A stretch of 64,000 nt of DNA from Eledone cirrhosa (GCA_964016885.1 OZ024740.1:11594001-11658000), one strand, 5' to 3'. Shown: positions 13,173 through 26,266, counted from the first letter of the stretch. Program-made: numbers and translations. The notes: generated by a model from the sequence alone, not told the origin.

Positions 13173-13677
13173 TACAAACCATTGTCTTGATATCCACTTT
13201 TCCATACCAGTGTGGGTTGAATAGGTCTGCATGATCCAGGTTGATTTTGGGGGTGAACAACAACAATAAAACATTTGTCAGCTTAGCAGTTCTGTCACTG
13301 CTTAGTGATGGTGATTGATGAAAGAAGTGTGTATAGTACCTACGAGGTCAGTTTAGACTGATGGTAGAGACTTTAAAGTATCAGTTATGTATTGGGGTTC
13401 AATTTATTTGACTACCATGGTCTGAGAAACTGTTAATAGGTAGAAGAGAGGGGGGTTTAGTTCTTTTATGAAAAATATTTTTGAGTTTTGAGGTTGACTT
13501 CACTTTTTATTTTCCACAGAACATTCTATTAAATACCAGTAATGAATTGGTTGTAGCGTTGCTGTCAATTACATTCCACTATCTCCTTACAAGATTAACA
13601 TCTTTTCTGTTCATTTAAAAGAAACTAAGGTTATTTCTATGTTAACAATTTATTTTTTTATATCTTTTATTTCTCAG

Positions 13678-13785
13678 GAAATCTTAGCCCGCACAGGTTA
13701 CACACTTGATGTTACGACAGGGCAGCGTAAATATGGTGGGCCACCCCCAGATTGGACCGGTGTAACGCCAGGTTCTGGTCATGAG
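13678..13785 (+). CDS. SYNCRIP: SYNCRIP/hnRNP R exon B
   Basis: ttctcag acceptor, gtaac donor, 108 nt, phase 0/0. [26 protein letters not shown] is the family signature. Confidence 0.96.
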
Positions 13786-14784
13786 GTAACAACATTGTTT
13801 ATATAAGAGTGGTGGATTGGCAGTATTGGTAGAGCGTCAGACACCATGCTTTGCAGCACAGAGTTATGGCCCTTTACCTTCTGAGTTGTTGTTGTTATCA
13901 TCATCTTCATTTAATGTCCATTTTCCTTGTTGGGTGTGTCAGTACTGAAGCCTAAAAAACAACAAATATAAATACTATGATGATGTGCAGGCACCTGGCC
14001 CATCTGTGAGCTCTATTTGAGTACTGGTTGGATAACATCCATGAACTTCGTTGGTCTCGCTTGGGGATCCAGCCGGACCAGTTAGAGATGGTTCCTTCTG
14101 ACAGGACCCGCTGGAAGAATTGTCTGAGGACTCTGCCCCCACGACCCTCACAGGAATAAATGGGTGAAGAAGAAGTCTTTTAGGCTCATGATCATAAGGT
14201 CATGGGTTTAATCCCCAAACCAGACAACATGTGTCCTTGAGCAAGCACTTCATATGTTGTTCCAGTCTATTCCACTGAAAATGATTATAATTTTCTGGAT
14301 TAATGTCCATATTTTCATAATTTTTCATGTTATGGGTTAGATAGGTCTATTCCAAGACATCATCTTACCACATGTATACATCCATTGAAGCATGGAAGCT
14401 TCATTTGTTTCCAATCTTCACATGTCCTCTGTACACAGTACCCAGGTCTCACTACCTTGCAATCTAATTTAGAATAGGTACATTGTATCACTGTATATCA
14501 TAAGAAGTAACTAAAGGAGTTAGTATCAGGAAGAGCATCAGGCTGTAAAACATTTCCTCAAAAAGTCCCATCCAACCCATGAGAGTATGGAATGGATGAT
14601 GTAAAAATGATGATATACTAGAGTTTAATTGACATGACAAATAAATACTCTTTGATTGGTTTCCATATAAGCTAAAATCTAAATACTTAATGAGCCCCAA
14701 ATATTGTGATTTTTAGATATTCACAGCTAGATGTTAATCTACATTTTCTTGGCAGCTTGTTATTCTATATGTTCTCCATTTTAG

Positions 14785-14961
14785 GTGTTTTGTGGAAAGA
14801 TTCCAAAAGATATATTTGAAGATGAGTTAATTCCTTTGTTTGAAAAATGTGGCAAAATCTGGGATTTGCGGTTAATGGTCGATTCAGTGACTGGATTCAG
14901 TCGAGGGTACTGTTTTGTAACCTTCTGTGAAAAAGAGGGAGCTATGGAAGGTAAAAAACAG
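14785..14961 (+). CDS. SYNCRIP: SYNCRIP exon C (RRM1)
   Basis: ttttag acceptor, gtaagt donor. VFCGKIPKDIFEDELIPLFEKCGKIWDLRLM...SRGYCFVTF contains RNP2 and RNP1. Confidence 0.96.
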
Positions 14962-15191
14962 GTAAGTCCCTTTGGAACCTTCAAAACCCCCTCTCCGCCA
15001 TTTAAAAAAAATATCTTTTATTTTATTTATTACATTTGTCATCAGACATTTGAAACATTTTTTGTCTTTTTCTGCCATTGTTTTGTTTTTTTTAAGTTCT
15101 TTATGTTGATTGTCATTGGATCCAGATATTTGTATTGTTTATTTCAACTCTCTATTAAATAAGAGTTCCCTCTTTTCTTTAATTCTACTAG

Positions 15192-15327
15192 CTTGACAAC
15201 TACGAAATTCGAAAAGGTAAACGTTTGAAGGTGAACATATCCATTGCCAATGTTCGCCTGTATGTTGGCAGTATTCCAAAGAGTAAGTCAAAGGAGGACA
15301 TCAAAGAAGAATTCTCGAAATTAACAG
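15192..15327 (+). CDS. SYNCRIP: SYNCRIP exon D (end of RRM1, start of RRM2)
   Basis: ctactag acceptor, gtaatt donor, ends phase 1. LDNYEIRKGKRLKVNISIANVRLYVGSIPKSKSKEDIKEEFSKLT. Confidence 0.95.
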
Positions 15328-16235
15328 GTAATTCTTTGTAGTAGCACAAACATTGTATGTGATGTTTTGATATATTTGCTAGGTCTCATTGGTATCAAGC
15401 AATTAAAAGTACAAGATGTGTACTCTTAACTGATGCCAATGAAGTCTGGATAAGCTGTGGCATATGGACTTAAGAGTTACTTTAACTTCTATATATATAA
15501 CCCATGCAATTATGGCAAATAGATATATATAATATATATTGTGGCCTAAGTGGTAGGATGTTAAATTCACAATCATAATGTCGTGGGTTTGATTCTTGGA
15601 CCAGGCAGCATCTTGTGATTTTGAGCAAGATACTGCATTTCTCATTACTCATTATGATAGGATTTTGGAGCCCCTATCATTAAAACACTATATATAGCTC
15701 TTCTGAGATACACTCTAGTTTGAGGCCATCTAAATCTACCTCACTGTGAACTGTAAATTACATTTTCATTTCACACAGATATACATAGAGAAAGAGAGAG
15801 AGATTGTTATATTGACAGACAAATATATGTGTGTAAAGAGAGATAAATATAGTTTTATATTGACTCTTGTTATATATAAAATAGTAAGATTGAAACAAAG
15901 ATAAGAGTAATGGGAACAACATATCTTGTAGACTGACACTGGAAGTGAAAGTGTTTTTAATAGAACCATGATAACAGAATCATGGAAATATTGTGTAGAA
16001 AAGTCATATCTTATGAAGCAAAGATTAAACCAGTTTAAGTATTTCTAGAAAACAACAAAAACCCTTACTGGTTTTTACTTATAGTAACAGAACTTCTTGA
16101 AAATGGGCCACACTGTAACAGAATTTCTTGGATCTAGGCCACACAGCCCTAATGTAAATAGCTCCATTTTTCGTTTTTACCTTCTAAGCTTCTAAGCACT
16201 CTAAACTTCTTTATTTTGCATTGTTTACTTTGCAG

Positions 16236-16444
16236 AAGGCCTTGTTGATGTAATAGTTTATGGATCAGCTGACAACCCCAAATGGAAGAATCGTGGATTT
16301 GCTTTCCTTGAATATGATTCCCACAAGAGTGCATCTGCTGCAAAACGAAGGTTTACTTCAAGAAGCCTGAAAGCTTGGGGAGGGGAATTTGTTGTAGACT
16401 GGGCTGATCCTTTAGAAGAGCCTGATAATTCTACTATGTCCAAG
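16236..16444 (+). CDS. SYNCRIP: SYNCRIP exon E (RRM2)
   Basis: tttgcag acceptor, gtaaat donor. (E)GLVDVIVY...KNRGFAFLEYDSHKSASAAKRR...VVDWADPLEEPD. Confidence 0.95.
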
Positions 16445-16659
16445 GTAAATATTAATTTATTCACTCTAATTATTATATTCTTTTCTCTTTATTAATATGT
16501 ATGTATATATATATATATATGTGTGTGTATATATAATGTTTACGCATTAGCAGTTTTATCTGACATAGCGCTGGAAAGAGGTAACACAGTTGGTGGAATA
16601 TTTCTTGGAAAATAATAATTATAACTCTACAAAAATATATTATTTGAAACACAACATTT

Positions 16660-18359
16660 TTAGGCAAAGGAGACACTCTAGATAGAGGAAACTATAGAGG
16701 CATAAGTTAGTTGACCAAGTCCTGAAGGTCACAGAAAGTTATTACACAACTAATTAGAGTGCGAATTGATCTAGATGAAATGCAGTTTGGGTTTGTGCCA
16801 GGTAAATGTACCACACGCTCTTTTCTTTGTACGGCAACTACAGGAGAAGTACCTAGTTAAAAGTAAACCCGTCTACTTAGCTTTTGTTGACTTGGAGAAA
16901 GTCTTTGACAGAGTCCCCTGCTCCATTATCTGGTGGGCTCTTAGAAAACTAGGAGTAGATGGATGGCTTGTGAGAGCTATACAAGCCATGTATAGAAGAA
17001 CAGACAGCAAGGTTAGAATTAACAATAAATATAGTGAAGAATTCAGCATAAAAGTAGATGTTCACTAGGGCTCCGTCCTTAGCCCCCTCCTATTTATTAT
17101 TGTCCTACAGGATATAACAGAAGAGTTTAAGACCGGCTGCCCATGGGAACTTCTATATGCAGATGATCTAACTCTCATAGCTGAATCTATAGCTGAACTA
17201 GAGAAGAAATTCCAAACATGGAAGCATGGCCTAGAATCAAAAGGCCTTAAAGTTAACTTGTCTAAGACTAAAGTTCTAGTATATAGAAAGGAAAGTAGGG
17301 CACAGGTGCCCTCTGGGAAATGGCCATGTTCAGTGTGTAAGAAAGGAGAGGTATAAATTCCATTCTATGCCCCAAATGCAGACTATGGGTACATAAAAGA
17401 TGTAGTGGGATCACAGGTAAGCTATCTAAGAATGTAGATTTTATATGTGGCCGATGCTCAGGTGCCCACTGGATACTAATTCCTTCGACTGCCCAGATGA
17501 TTGAATAGAAATAGTAGACACTTTCTGTTACCTGGGTGAGGGTGCTCTGAATGTTATAAGGGAATGGAAAAAGTTCAGAGAGCTAATACCGCTGTTGGCC
17601 ACAAGGGGTTTTTCTCTAAAAGGGAAAGGCAGATTGTACGATGCTTGTATACAAACAGCACTGTTACATGGTAGTGAGACCTGGGCATTGTGTGCAGAAG
17701 ACTTGCGTAGATTAGAAAGAAACAAAGCTTGCATGTTCCGATAGATACGTAATAGTAATGTACGCGCACGGCAAAGCATAAACGAATTGAGAGAGAGACT
17801 GAGCATAAGAGGTATGAAATGTTGTGTTCTGGAGAGGAGATTGAGCTGGTATGGACATGTGATGCGTATCATATGAAGGATGACACCTGTCTAAAAAAGT
17901 TCAGAGCGATTGATGGAAGCTACGGAGTGGGTAGACCAAGAAAAACCTGGGGCGGGGAGATAAAAACTGACCTTGCTCACTTACACCTTTCTAGGACAAT
18001 GTCACTGGATCAAGATCTTTGGCGCTATGCAGTTATACAGAAGACCCGCCTTCCCTTGCATACAAACTTAAACCTACAGTCAGTAGGCACCTCTTAACCC
18101 AATATACACCCCACAGCCCCTATTCCATCCTCCCATTTCCATCCACTGTAAAGTGGTCGTGTAGGAGACATGGTAAAAAGGCTCCCAACCCACTCTGTAA
18201 ATGTGGTTGGTGCTAGGAAGGGCATCCAGCCGTATAAAACCTGCCAGAAACAGTTCTGTACGAGCGAGACACGGTCACCCAACCAATCCCACCTCAAGTG
18301 GGACAAACCCAGTCCAACCCATGCTAGCATAGAAGATGGACATTAAATGATGATGATGG
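16660..18359 (+). mobile_element. RTE-clade LINE, 5'-truncated, decayed RT
   Basis: RT motifs NYRGI, LAFVDLEKVFDRVP, GSVLSPLLF, LLYADDL, MLHGSETW-like and GRPRKTW, interrupted by stops and frameshifts; 3' (ATG)n tail. Confidence 0.9.
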
Positions 18360-19903
18360 TGTGTGTGTGTATCATGTCCAGGTCTATGTTTGCTTTTGTC
18401 CTGTAATGTAGTAGTTTGGCAAATCAATAAAATAAGTAATAGATCAAAAAATATTGGGATTGATATGATGGACACTTTAAGATGTTGTCCCAGAATCACT
18501 GCAGAGCAGTTGATATATAAAAATGTGTTTGTGAGTGAGAATGTTTGATATTACATGTATACCCGCTTCAGACAAATATACATATGCATATTGTCTCTGT
18601 TTTATAAAATGAAATAACTTTTGATGCACGAATGCAGATGTGGTGGCCTTAAAACTCTGCTTTTTTGATGTACGATAAACTATTTAAATGACAATTACAG
18701 AATTGCAAACTTTTATGAGCAGCAGGAAGTAATGAGAGATAGAAAGATAGATAGATAGAGAAAGAGAGGATTAAAAAAAAGAGGAATAGAAATGCATAGC
18801 AATTGAACAAGAGAGCATTTTTCTTGAGTTGCAATCTCTTGTCACTGTAACCAACAGAAATCAAATGAACCAGTGATTAGTCCATTAAGAAACCTGTTCT
18901 GGAAAAGCATATCATTTTTATGCCCACTTTTCCATGTTATGGTTTCACAGATTTTTGAAGCAGTGTTTTAGGGTTAAATGCCCTTCCTGATGTCAACTCT
19001 TTTCTCCTTTAATGACATGCAATGCTATAGGGCTGGATGTCTTTCTACTAACTACTTACCTGTTGAAAGTGTTGAAAGTAGGAGTAAAAAACACCAAAAA
19101 GTGGGGGGTGCCATATCTAAAATAATGAATGTGGAAAAATTCGAACATTTTCACCTCACCAAAATAAAGAAACAAGATTGATTTATTAAAATATTCCCTT
19201 TTTGTAGTTGTATTTTTAATTATGAAACCCAAATTACAATTTGTTGTTTCTTTCATTACTCTTTCTGTTCACCCCGTTGGTCACACACACTACCTTGAAA
19301 GAATGGAGTCTATATAGGATATTGAGTTAGCTTTATTTAGCCTTGCAGGATTCAATGCAACTCTATAGTGCCTCTGTCATCATAAAATTCATCACACTAA
19401 AGTGATGAGGAAATTGAATAGGCAATGTATAGTTGAGAAGATCCTTTAGTCATGCCAAAGACGTAACCTCTCTTGTGCTGGTGCTACAATAAAATGTACC
19501 CAGTGCGCTTTGTAAATTGGTTGTTGCTAAGGAGGGTATTTGGCTATAGATACCATGTCAAAACGTGGAATATCCATGTCAGACGTAGTCTTTTGGCCTG
19601 TCCAGGAGGATAGTAACTCCAAATAAGATTTGACTTTCACTATAACAGCTGTCCAACCCATACCACCATGGAAAGTAAATGTGAAAATAATTCAATATAA
19701 AATAAAACCACTTCAGTTTAACCACCTAGTCACAGATAAAATAACTCTAGTCACTTTGCCAAGTTGGTATATTTGGTATATTCAGTCTGGATTTTAATTA
19801 TTTCTTCTTTCTTTTTTTTTTTCCACTTCAATTGTTCCTTCTCTCCCTCCTTCCACTCCCTTTTCCTCTGTTTCAATCTTATCCCCTGCCATTACCACCC
19901 CAG

Positions 19904-20077
19904 GTAAAAGTATTGTATGTAAGAAACCTCACATCAGATGTTACGGAAGACCTTTTGAAAGAAAAATTTGGCGCTTTTGGTAAACTAGAACGAGCAAAAA
20001 AGATAAAAGACTATGGTTTCATCCACTTCGAAGAACGGGAAGATGCTTTAAAAGCTCTGGAAACTCTCAATAATCAA
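19904..20077 (+). CDS. SYNCRIP: SYNCRIP exon F (RRM3)
   Basis: Long pyrimidine tract plus cag acceptor, gtaagt donor. VKVLYVRNL...KKIKDYGFIHFEEREDA. Confidence 0.96.
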
Positions 20078-20238
20078 GTAAGTATCCTCATAATACATTG
20101 TTACTACATCTTCCTCTTTTGCTCCTTAATCTCTCTCAGATATTAACTTCTAAACTAGAACAGTATTTAGGATGTTATTGTTGTCAGTTTTTCTTGTATT
20201 TGTTCCCGGTGTTTTTCTTTAATATTTTTCTCTTCTAG

Positions 20239-20354
20239 AAAATCGGTGGTATGGAGATAGAGGTATCGTTAGCAAAACCTCCCACAGAAAACAGGAAAAA
20301 AGAACAGCGCAAACGAGAACAGGATCGTAGGGGACCTGTTGCCATGTATCCAGG
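20239..20354 (+). CDS. SYNCRIP: SYNCRIP exon G (end of RRM3)
   Basis: cttctag acceptor, gtaaga donor, ends phase 2. KIGGMEIEVSLAKPPTENRKKEQRKRE. Confidence 0.93.
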
Positions 20355-20683
20355 GTAAGATACACATCCAGACATATATATATGGCCCGTCTATTTATTC
20401 AACGTACCCTCTCCCAAATAGTCTTTCTGCTGCAACATTTGTCTCACCAAGTTAGTTTACTGTTGAAAGTAGATCCTCCTCTCTCACTACACTTAATCTT
20501 TGTTGGTTCATTTCCTTTTATTCTTTATTCACCTGGATTTGTGTGTGTAAATATACATATGCATATATATCAAGCCATGGACTCTTAAATCTTCATTGAG
20601 TGCTAAGGGTGGTGTTGTAACATACAGAGTTCATACTGACTCTTTTTCTACGTATCAAGCTTGGCCACCTCCCATATTGTCTA

Positions 20684-21621
20684 CTAGCAGTGGTACCCGG
20701 CGTTGCACGGGATAAGGTATTTTGGAACGCGGGCCACCAATAGACCTAAAAACTGCATGCCTGGACAATATGTAAAGAAAATAAACCGAATACTCTGATG
20801 GCTGGATAATCTTTAAGATTTTCCTCGATGAAGCAGGAAAAATGCAGGTTTTCACCTAATATTTTCACCTAGGAGATCAAGAAAAGGAATTTTTTTTATG
20901 TGCATAATATGCCTTGAAATTTCGGGAAAATCAGCTAGATGTAATGCCTCCAAAAAGCCCTAAGAAGCTGAAAAAATGAAGTTTTTCACCTAATGCAGGC
21001 CCTAAGCCATAAGAAAGTTGGATTTTCTTTGCTTACGGTATGAAGAAGGGACTGACTAATACATAGTTACAATTTCAAGGAAATTGGTCTGACGTAACGC
21101 CTCAAAAAACCCCTAAAAATGTTAAACAAGGTAGTTTTTCACCTAATGCGGGCCCTAGGAGATAAAAAAAGTTGAATTTTTTAATGTGCATAACACTCCC
21201 TGTGCATAACATAAGTAATACACATGTAAAGTTTGAAAAAAATCGGTTGGGTACTTCTCGAGTTTTAGGGATTCAAACTCTCTCTCACTCACACACACAC
21301 ACACACACACAGACATCCTCAAGGAAATGACGTAATGCAGACATACAGACAGATATTATAAGGGTGCGACGTTATAAGTATGTATCTATCTAAAAAGAGA
21401 AAGACTAAGAATTATAGAGTGAGATCGCTAAATCGCCTGATGTGGTCCCTGAGGCATAGAAAATTTGAAATTTTTGCTCAGAACACTCCCTGAAACATAA
21501 GTATTACATGTGTAAAGTTGGAAAAGAGTCGGTTGGGTGGTTCTCGAGTTTTAGGGATTCAAACTCTCACACACACACACACACACACACAGACAGACAT
21601 CCTCAGTTTTATATATATAGA
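20684..21621 (-). mobile_element. Non-autonomous Helitron-like element 1
   Basis: On the - strand: 5' TCTATATATATAAAA followed by CTGT/GT microsatellite; 3' GC hairpin CCCGTGCAACGCCGGG then CTAG|T. Confidence 0.75.
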
Positions 21622-22103
21622 CTAGCAGAAAACCACCCGGTGGGCAGTTTTCTGCTAGCAAATCTAGTGTATATACTGGTATTGTTGAGATTTGGATGAG
21701 AAATGTTTTCGGCACCACATGTTCACCGTCTCTCGGTGTGTCTTTTATGCATGTATAAATATATATATTATCTATACGGTGAAATCTTTGAAATAAATAT
21801 ATGTTAAAACGAAAAAGGAGAAAAAGAGATTAGTGACGGAAATATAAACGTTATGATATAACGATGGAAATATATAAACGTTTACGATAAAACGATGGAA
21901 ATAGAAACGTTTATATATAATGATAAGCCGAAACACTCGTAAGTCGAAACACTCGTAAAGCGAAACGTATAAATAAAGATTAATGTAATGAATTTGAAAA
22001 GCATAGAGATTTGAAACCGCGTCTATTTGTTTCCTTGGCATTTTTTACAGACGGACAGACAGACAAACAAACAGAGAAATGCCCATTATATATTATAAGT
22101 AGA
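21622..22103 (-). mobile_element. Non-autonomous Helitron-like element 2, abutting element 1
   Basis: On the - strand: 5' TCTACTTATAATATATAA followed by (CTGT)n; 3' hairpin ending in CTAG, joined directly to the TC of element 1. Confidence 0.65.
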
Positions 22104-22376
22104 CTTGGCATGGTGTCAAGTCAGAACCGCCTCGAACTGGTTACTTCTGGCTTGTGCAAGGTAGGGAAGGACAGACAGACAGACTAACAGAGAAATGCCC
22201 ATATATTTCTGTGTGTATATATATATTACACACACAGAAATGTATATATATTTCTTAGAACAAAATTATTATTAATGTTTTGCTGTTCATAACAATTCGA
22301 ATTGAAAAATTACTTTTGAAATTATTAGTTATTTTACTAATGCTTAGATATGTAAAAATGAAGCAATGTTTCTAAT

Positions 22377-22567
22377 AATTGTTTCTACTTTTGGCACAAG
22401 GCCAGCAATTACCCAGTACATTACTGGTACTTTATTTTATCGACCCCCGTGAGGATGAAAGGCAAAGTTAACCTCGGCGGTATTTGAACTCAGACCGTAA
22501 AGGGACGTAACTCCATGCTATGAAGAAGGTGTCCGATTCTCTACAGATTCTGCCAATCCACCGCCCT
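22377..22567 (-). mobile_element. tRNA-derived SINE, family 1
   Basis: Reverse complement of the copies at 26617 and 61075; Pol III A box TGGCAGAATC and B box GAGTTCAAAT.CC. Confidence 0.85.
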
Positions 22568-22842
22568 AATGTCTGTACGTAATGAGGGAGTGAGAGGGGA
22601 GAGAAAGAAAGGCAGAAGTGAAGTGACGAAGTGACTCTCTCCTCCTCCATCTCCCCATTCATCACAGCGATAGAGGGGAGGAATGTTAGTGTGTTACAAA
22701 GAAAGAGTGAGAGTGAGAGAAACAGACAGACTAAAAGAGAGGGATAGCTGGAGAGAGAGAGAGAGATAGCAACAGATACAGTACAGTAGCTAAGGGATGT
22801 ATATATATTTCTGTGTGTGCAATATATATATATATACATTTC

Positions 22843-22885
<43 letters not shown>

Positions 22886-22912
22886 CACACACAGAAATGT
22901 ATATATATATAT

Positions 22913-24212
22913 TACAGAACTAGAGAAGAAATTCCAAGCATGGAAGCATGGCCTAGAATCAAAAGGCCTTAAAGTTAACTTGTCTAAGACTAAAGTTCTA
23001 GTTTGTAGGAAGGAAAATAGGGCACCGGTCCCATCTGGGAAATGGCCATGCTCAGTGTGTAGGAAAGGAGTAGGTAGAAACTCCATTTTATGTCCCAAAT
23101 GCAAAGTATGGGTACATAAAAGATGTAGTGGGATTACAGGTAAGCTAACTAAGAATATAGATTTTATATGTGGCTGGTGCTCTGGTGCAATAAGTAGCAA
23201 GTGCCCACAGAATACTAACTCATTCCATTGCACAGATGGTTCTATAGAAATAGTGGACAGCTTCCGTTACCTGGGTGATAAAATCAGCAGTGGGGGAGGG
23301 TGCTCTGAAAGTACAGTAGCTAGAGTCAGAACGGGATGGAAAAAGTTCAGAGAGCTTATACCACTATTGGCCGCTAAAGGGTTCTCTCTAAAAATGAAAG
23401 GCAGGCTGTATGATGCCTGCATACGAACAGCAATGTTACATGGCAGTGAGACCTGGGCATTGTGTGCAGAGGATATACGCAGACTGGAGAGAAACGAAGC
23501 TTGCATGCTCCGCTGGATGTGTAATAGTAATATACGTGAATGGCAAAGCATAAACGAACTAAGGGAGAAATTAGAAATAAGAGGGATCAGATGTTGTTTA
23601 CTCGAGAGAAGACTACGTTGGTATGGTCACGTGATGCGCATGAAAGACGACAGCTGTATAAAAAGTGCAGGGCAATAAAAATAGACGGTAGCCACGGAGT
23701 AGGCAGACCCAGAAAAACCTGGGACGACTTGATAAATTCCGACCTCACACATTTACACCTCTCCAAGACAATGTCACTGGACCGAGATCTTTGGCGCTAC
23801 ACAGTAATAGAGAAGACCCGCCTTACCTAAGTACAAAGTGAAACCTACTACAGTCAGTAGGCACCTCTAACAAAATACACCCCATCCCACTACCCACACC
23901 CCATCCACACCGCCCCTTTCAATGTAAAGTTATGTTGGTGCCACAACATCCAGGCCGAAACAAATGAGGTCGTGTAGGTGTCACGACAAAAAAATACACC
24001 GTCCATGCTGTAATGTGGCCGTGTAGGTAACACGGTAAAAACCTCCCAGTTCCACACTGTAAATGTGGTTGGTGTTAGGAAGGGCATCCAACCGTAGAAA
24101 ACCAGCCAGGCAGTCCTATGCGAGCAAGACAATCACTCTTGCCTCAAGTGGGACTACCCCCGTCCAAACCCATGCAAGCGTGGAATATGGACGTTAAACG
24201 ATGATGATGATG
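22913..24212 (+). mobile_element. RTE-clade LINE, 5'-truncated (RT C-terminal half with Cys-rich insert)
   Basis: GLKVNLSKTK, WPCSVCRKGVG...CPKCKVWVHKRCSG...FICGWC, FRYLG, MLHGSETW, RRLRWYGHV, GRPRKTW; (ATG)n tail; possible TSD TACACACACAGAAATGTATATATAT. Confidence 0.92.
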
Positions 24213-24519
24213 ATACACACACAGAAATGTATATATATTTCTGTGTGTATATATATATATTTCTGTGTATGTATATATATATATATTACACACACACAGA
24301 AATGTATATATGTTTCTGTAGCACTCCTCAATTCCCCCCCTCTCTCCCTCCCGCTATCCCCCTCTTGTAGTCTGTCTCTTTCTTTCACTCTCACTCTCTC
24401 ACTCTCTCTCTCTCTCTCTCTACGCGTGCGCAAAAAACATTCGCACGCGCTTCCACTGTCGGACAGACAGACAGAGAAATTGCTGGTTATATATTATAAG
24501 GAGATATGCTTCAGCTTTG

Positions 24520-25660
24520 GACTGTGGGAGGTCGGGTCTTTTGTATTACTGCGTGACGCCAGAGGTTACGGTTGTATGTCATTGCTCTTGAGAGGTGCAA
24601 TTGGGTAAGGTCGGCCTTTATCACCTCATCCCAGGTCTTCTTGGGTCTCCCCACTCTGTGGCTCCATTGACTTCTAGTGCTCTTCACCTTTTTATGCAGC
24701 TGTCATCCTTTATACACATCACATGTCCATACCAACATAACCTCCTCTCCTGCACACAGCATTTGATTCCTCTTATGCTCAATCTCTCTCTCAATTCGTT
24801 TATACTTTGCCATTCGCGTATATTACTATTATACATCCATTGGAGCATGCAAGCTTTGTTTCTTTTTAATCTGCGCAAGTCTTCTACAGACAGCACCCAG
24901 GTCTCACTACCATGTAACATTGCTGTTCGTATACACGCATCATACAGTCTGCCTTTCATTTTGAGGGAAAAGCCTTTTGCAACTAGCAGTGGCAGTAGCT
25001 CCCTGAACTTCTTCCTTCCCATTCTTACCCTAGTTATTGTACTTTCCGAACACCCACCCCCGCTGTAAATTCGGTCACCTAGGTAGCAGAAGCTGTCTAC
25101 TGTTTCTACAGAGCCCTCCCAGAGTTTGGTGGTGCTTGTTTCCTGTGGTTGTTTGCTGCTTGCTGTCCTAGATGTGAAGCCTACATTGTTAGATAAACTT
25201 CCCACTACATCTCTTGGGTACCCATTGTTTGCATTTGGGGCAGAGGATGGAGTTCCTACCTATACCTTTCCTACATACTGAGCAAGGCCATTTCCCTGAG
25301 GGCTGAGGGGATCTGGGTTCTGTTTTCTCGTCTACTTACAAGAACCTTAGTCTTTGTCAGGTTGACTTTGAGATCCTTTCTTTCTAGTCCCGGCTTCCAT
25401 GTTTGTAATTTCTTCTCTAGTTCCACCATGGATTCAGCTATAAGTGCGAGATCATCCGCATACCGGAGTTTCCATGGGCATCCGGTCTTAAACTCCTCCG
25501 TTATTGCCTGCAAAACTATAATGAACAGGAGAGGGCTAAAAACAGAGCCCTGGTGGACACCGACCTGTGTGCTAAATTCCTCGCTATAGTCATTGCTAAC
25601 ATGGCTTGTACAGCTTTCGCAAGCCATTCATCTACTCCTAATTTTCTAAGAGCCCACCAG

Positions 25661-25661
<1 letters not shown>
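24520..25661 (-). mobile_element. RTE-clade LINE fragment, antisense orientation
   Basis: GVHQGSVFSPLLF, LRYADDL, MLHGSETW and RRLCWYGHV on the - strand; same family as the copies at 16660 and 22913. Confidence 0.92.
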
Positions 25662-25725
<64 letters not shown>

Positions 25726-25810
25726 AATGTGTGGAGGTTAGAAAACGTTCTATACAGTTCACGTTATATAAGGAAAATAATTTTTAAAAAAAAGGGTTTT
25801 CAAAAACGCA

Positions 25811-25872
<62 letters not shown>

Positions 25873-26144
25873 GATCTTTAAAACAGTTGTATCCCTTACT
25901 TTAGCAAGGGCAGAAGTGACCCAAACGAATGTGGTCGAGAATCAGCAAGCAAGAGTATTAACGAAAAAAGTTTTGATAATTCATAACAGAGAGGCAGGCT
26001 TTGCTAACATCAATTTTTAACATGCTATAAAGATCCTTTATGTATACCAGGGGCATTTTTCAAGCCCTTTTTTTTTTAAATCATTTTCCTTATATATACA
26101 TATATATATATATTTGTTATGCATCTTTTGTTTATTTACTGTAG

Positions 26145-26266
26145 ATATGATGATTACTGGGGCATGCCACCTGGACGCATGCCACCACCTCCTCCTCCTC
26201 CACTTCCTGGACGTGGTATGAGGCGACCACCTCCCCCACCTCCTCCTCCTGCTAGGGGTGGTTATG
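26145..26266 (+). CDS. SYNCRIP: SYNCRIP exon H (Tyr/Pro/RGG-rich)
   Basis: ctgtag acceptor, gtgagt donor, phase 2/1 compatible with neighbours. YDDYWGMPPGRMPPPPP...RGGY. Confidence 0.88.

Larger units (their letters stand above)
22104..24504 (-). mobile_element. Helitron-like element 3 (composite, with nested SINE and RTE insertions)
   Basis: 5' end A|TCTCCTTATAATATATAA...CTCTGTCTGTCTGTCC at 24504 resembles that of element 2; the 3' end is degenerate. Confidence 0.45.

Noticed and set aside
22797-23678. 293-aa ORF as a host PHD/zinc-finger gene
   Set aside because: It is the C-terminal part of an RTE LINE ORF, with an N-terminus read from (TA)n and a frameshift at the end.
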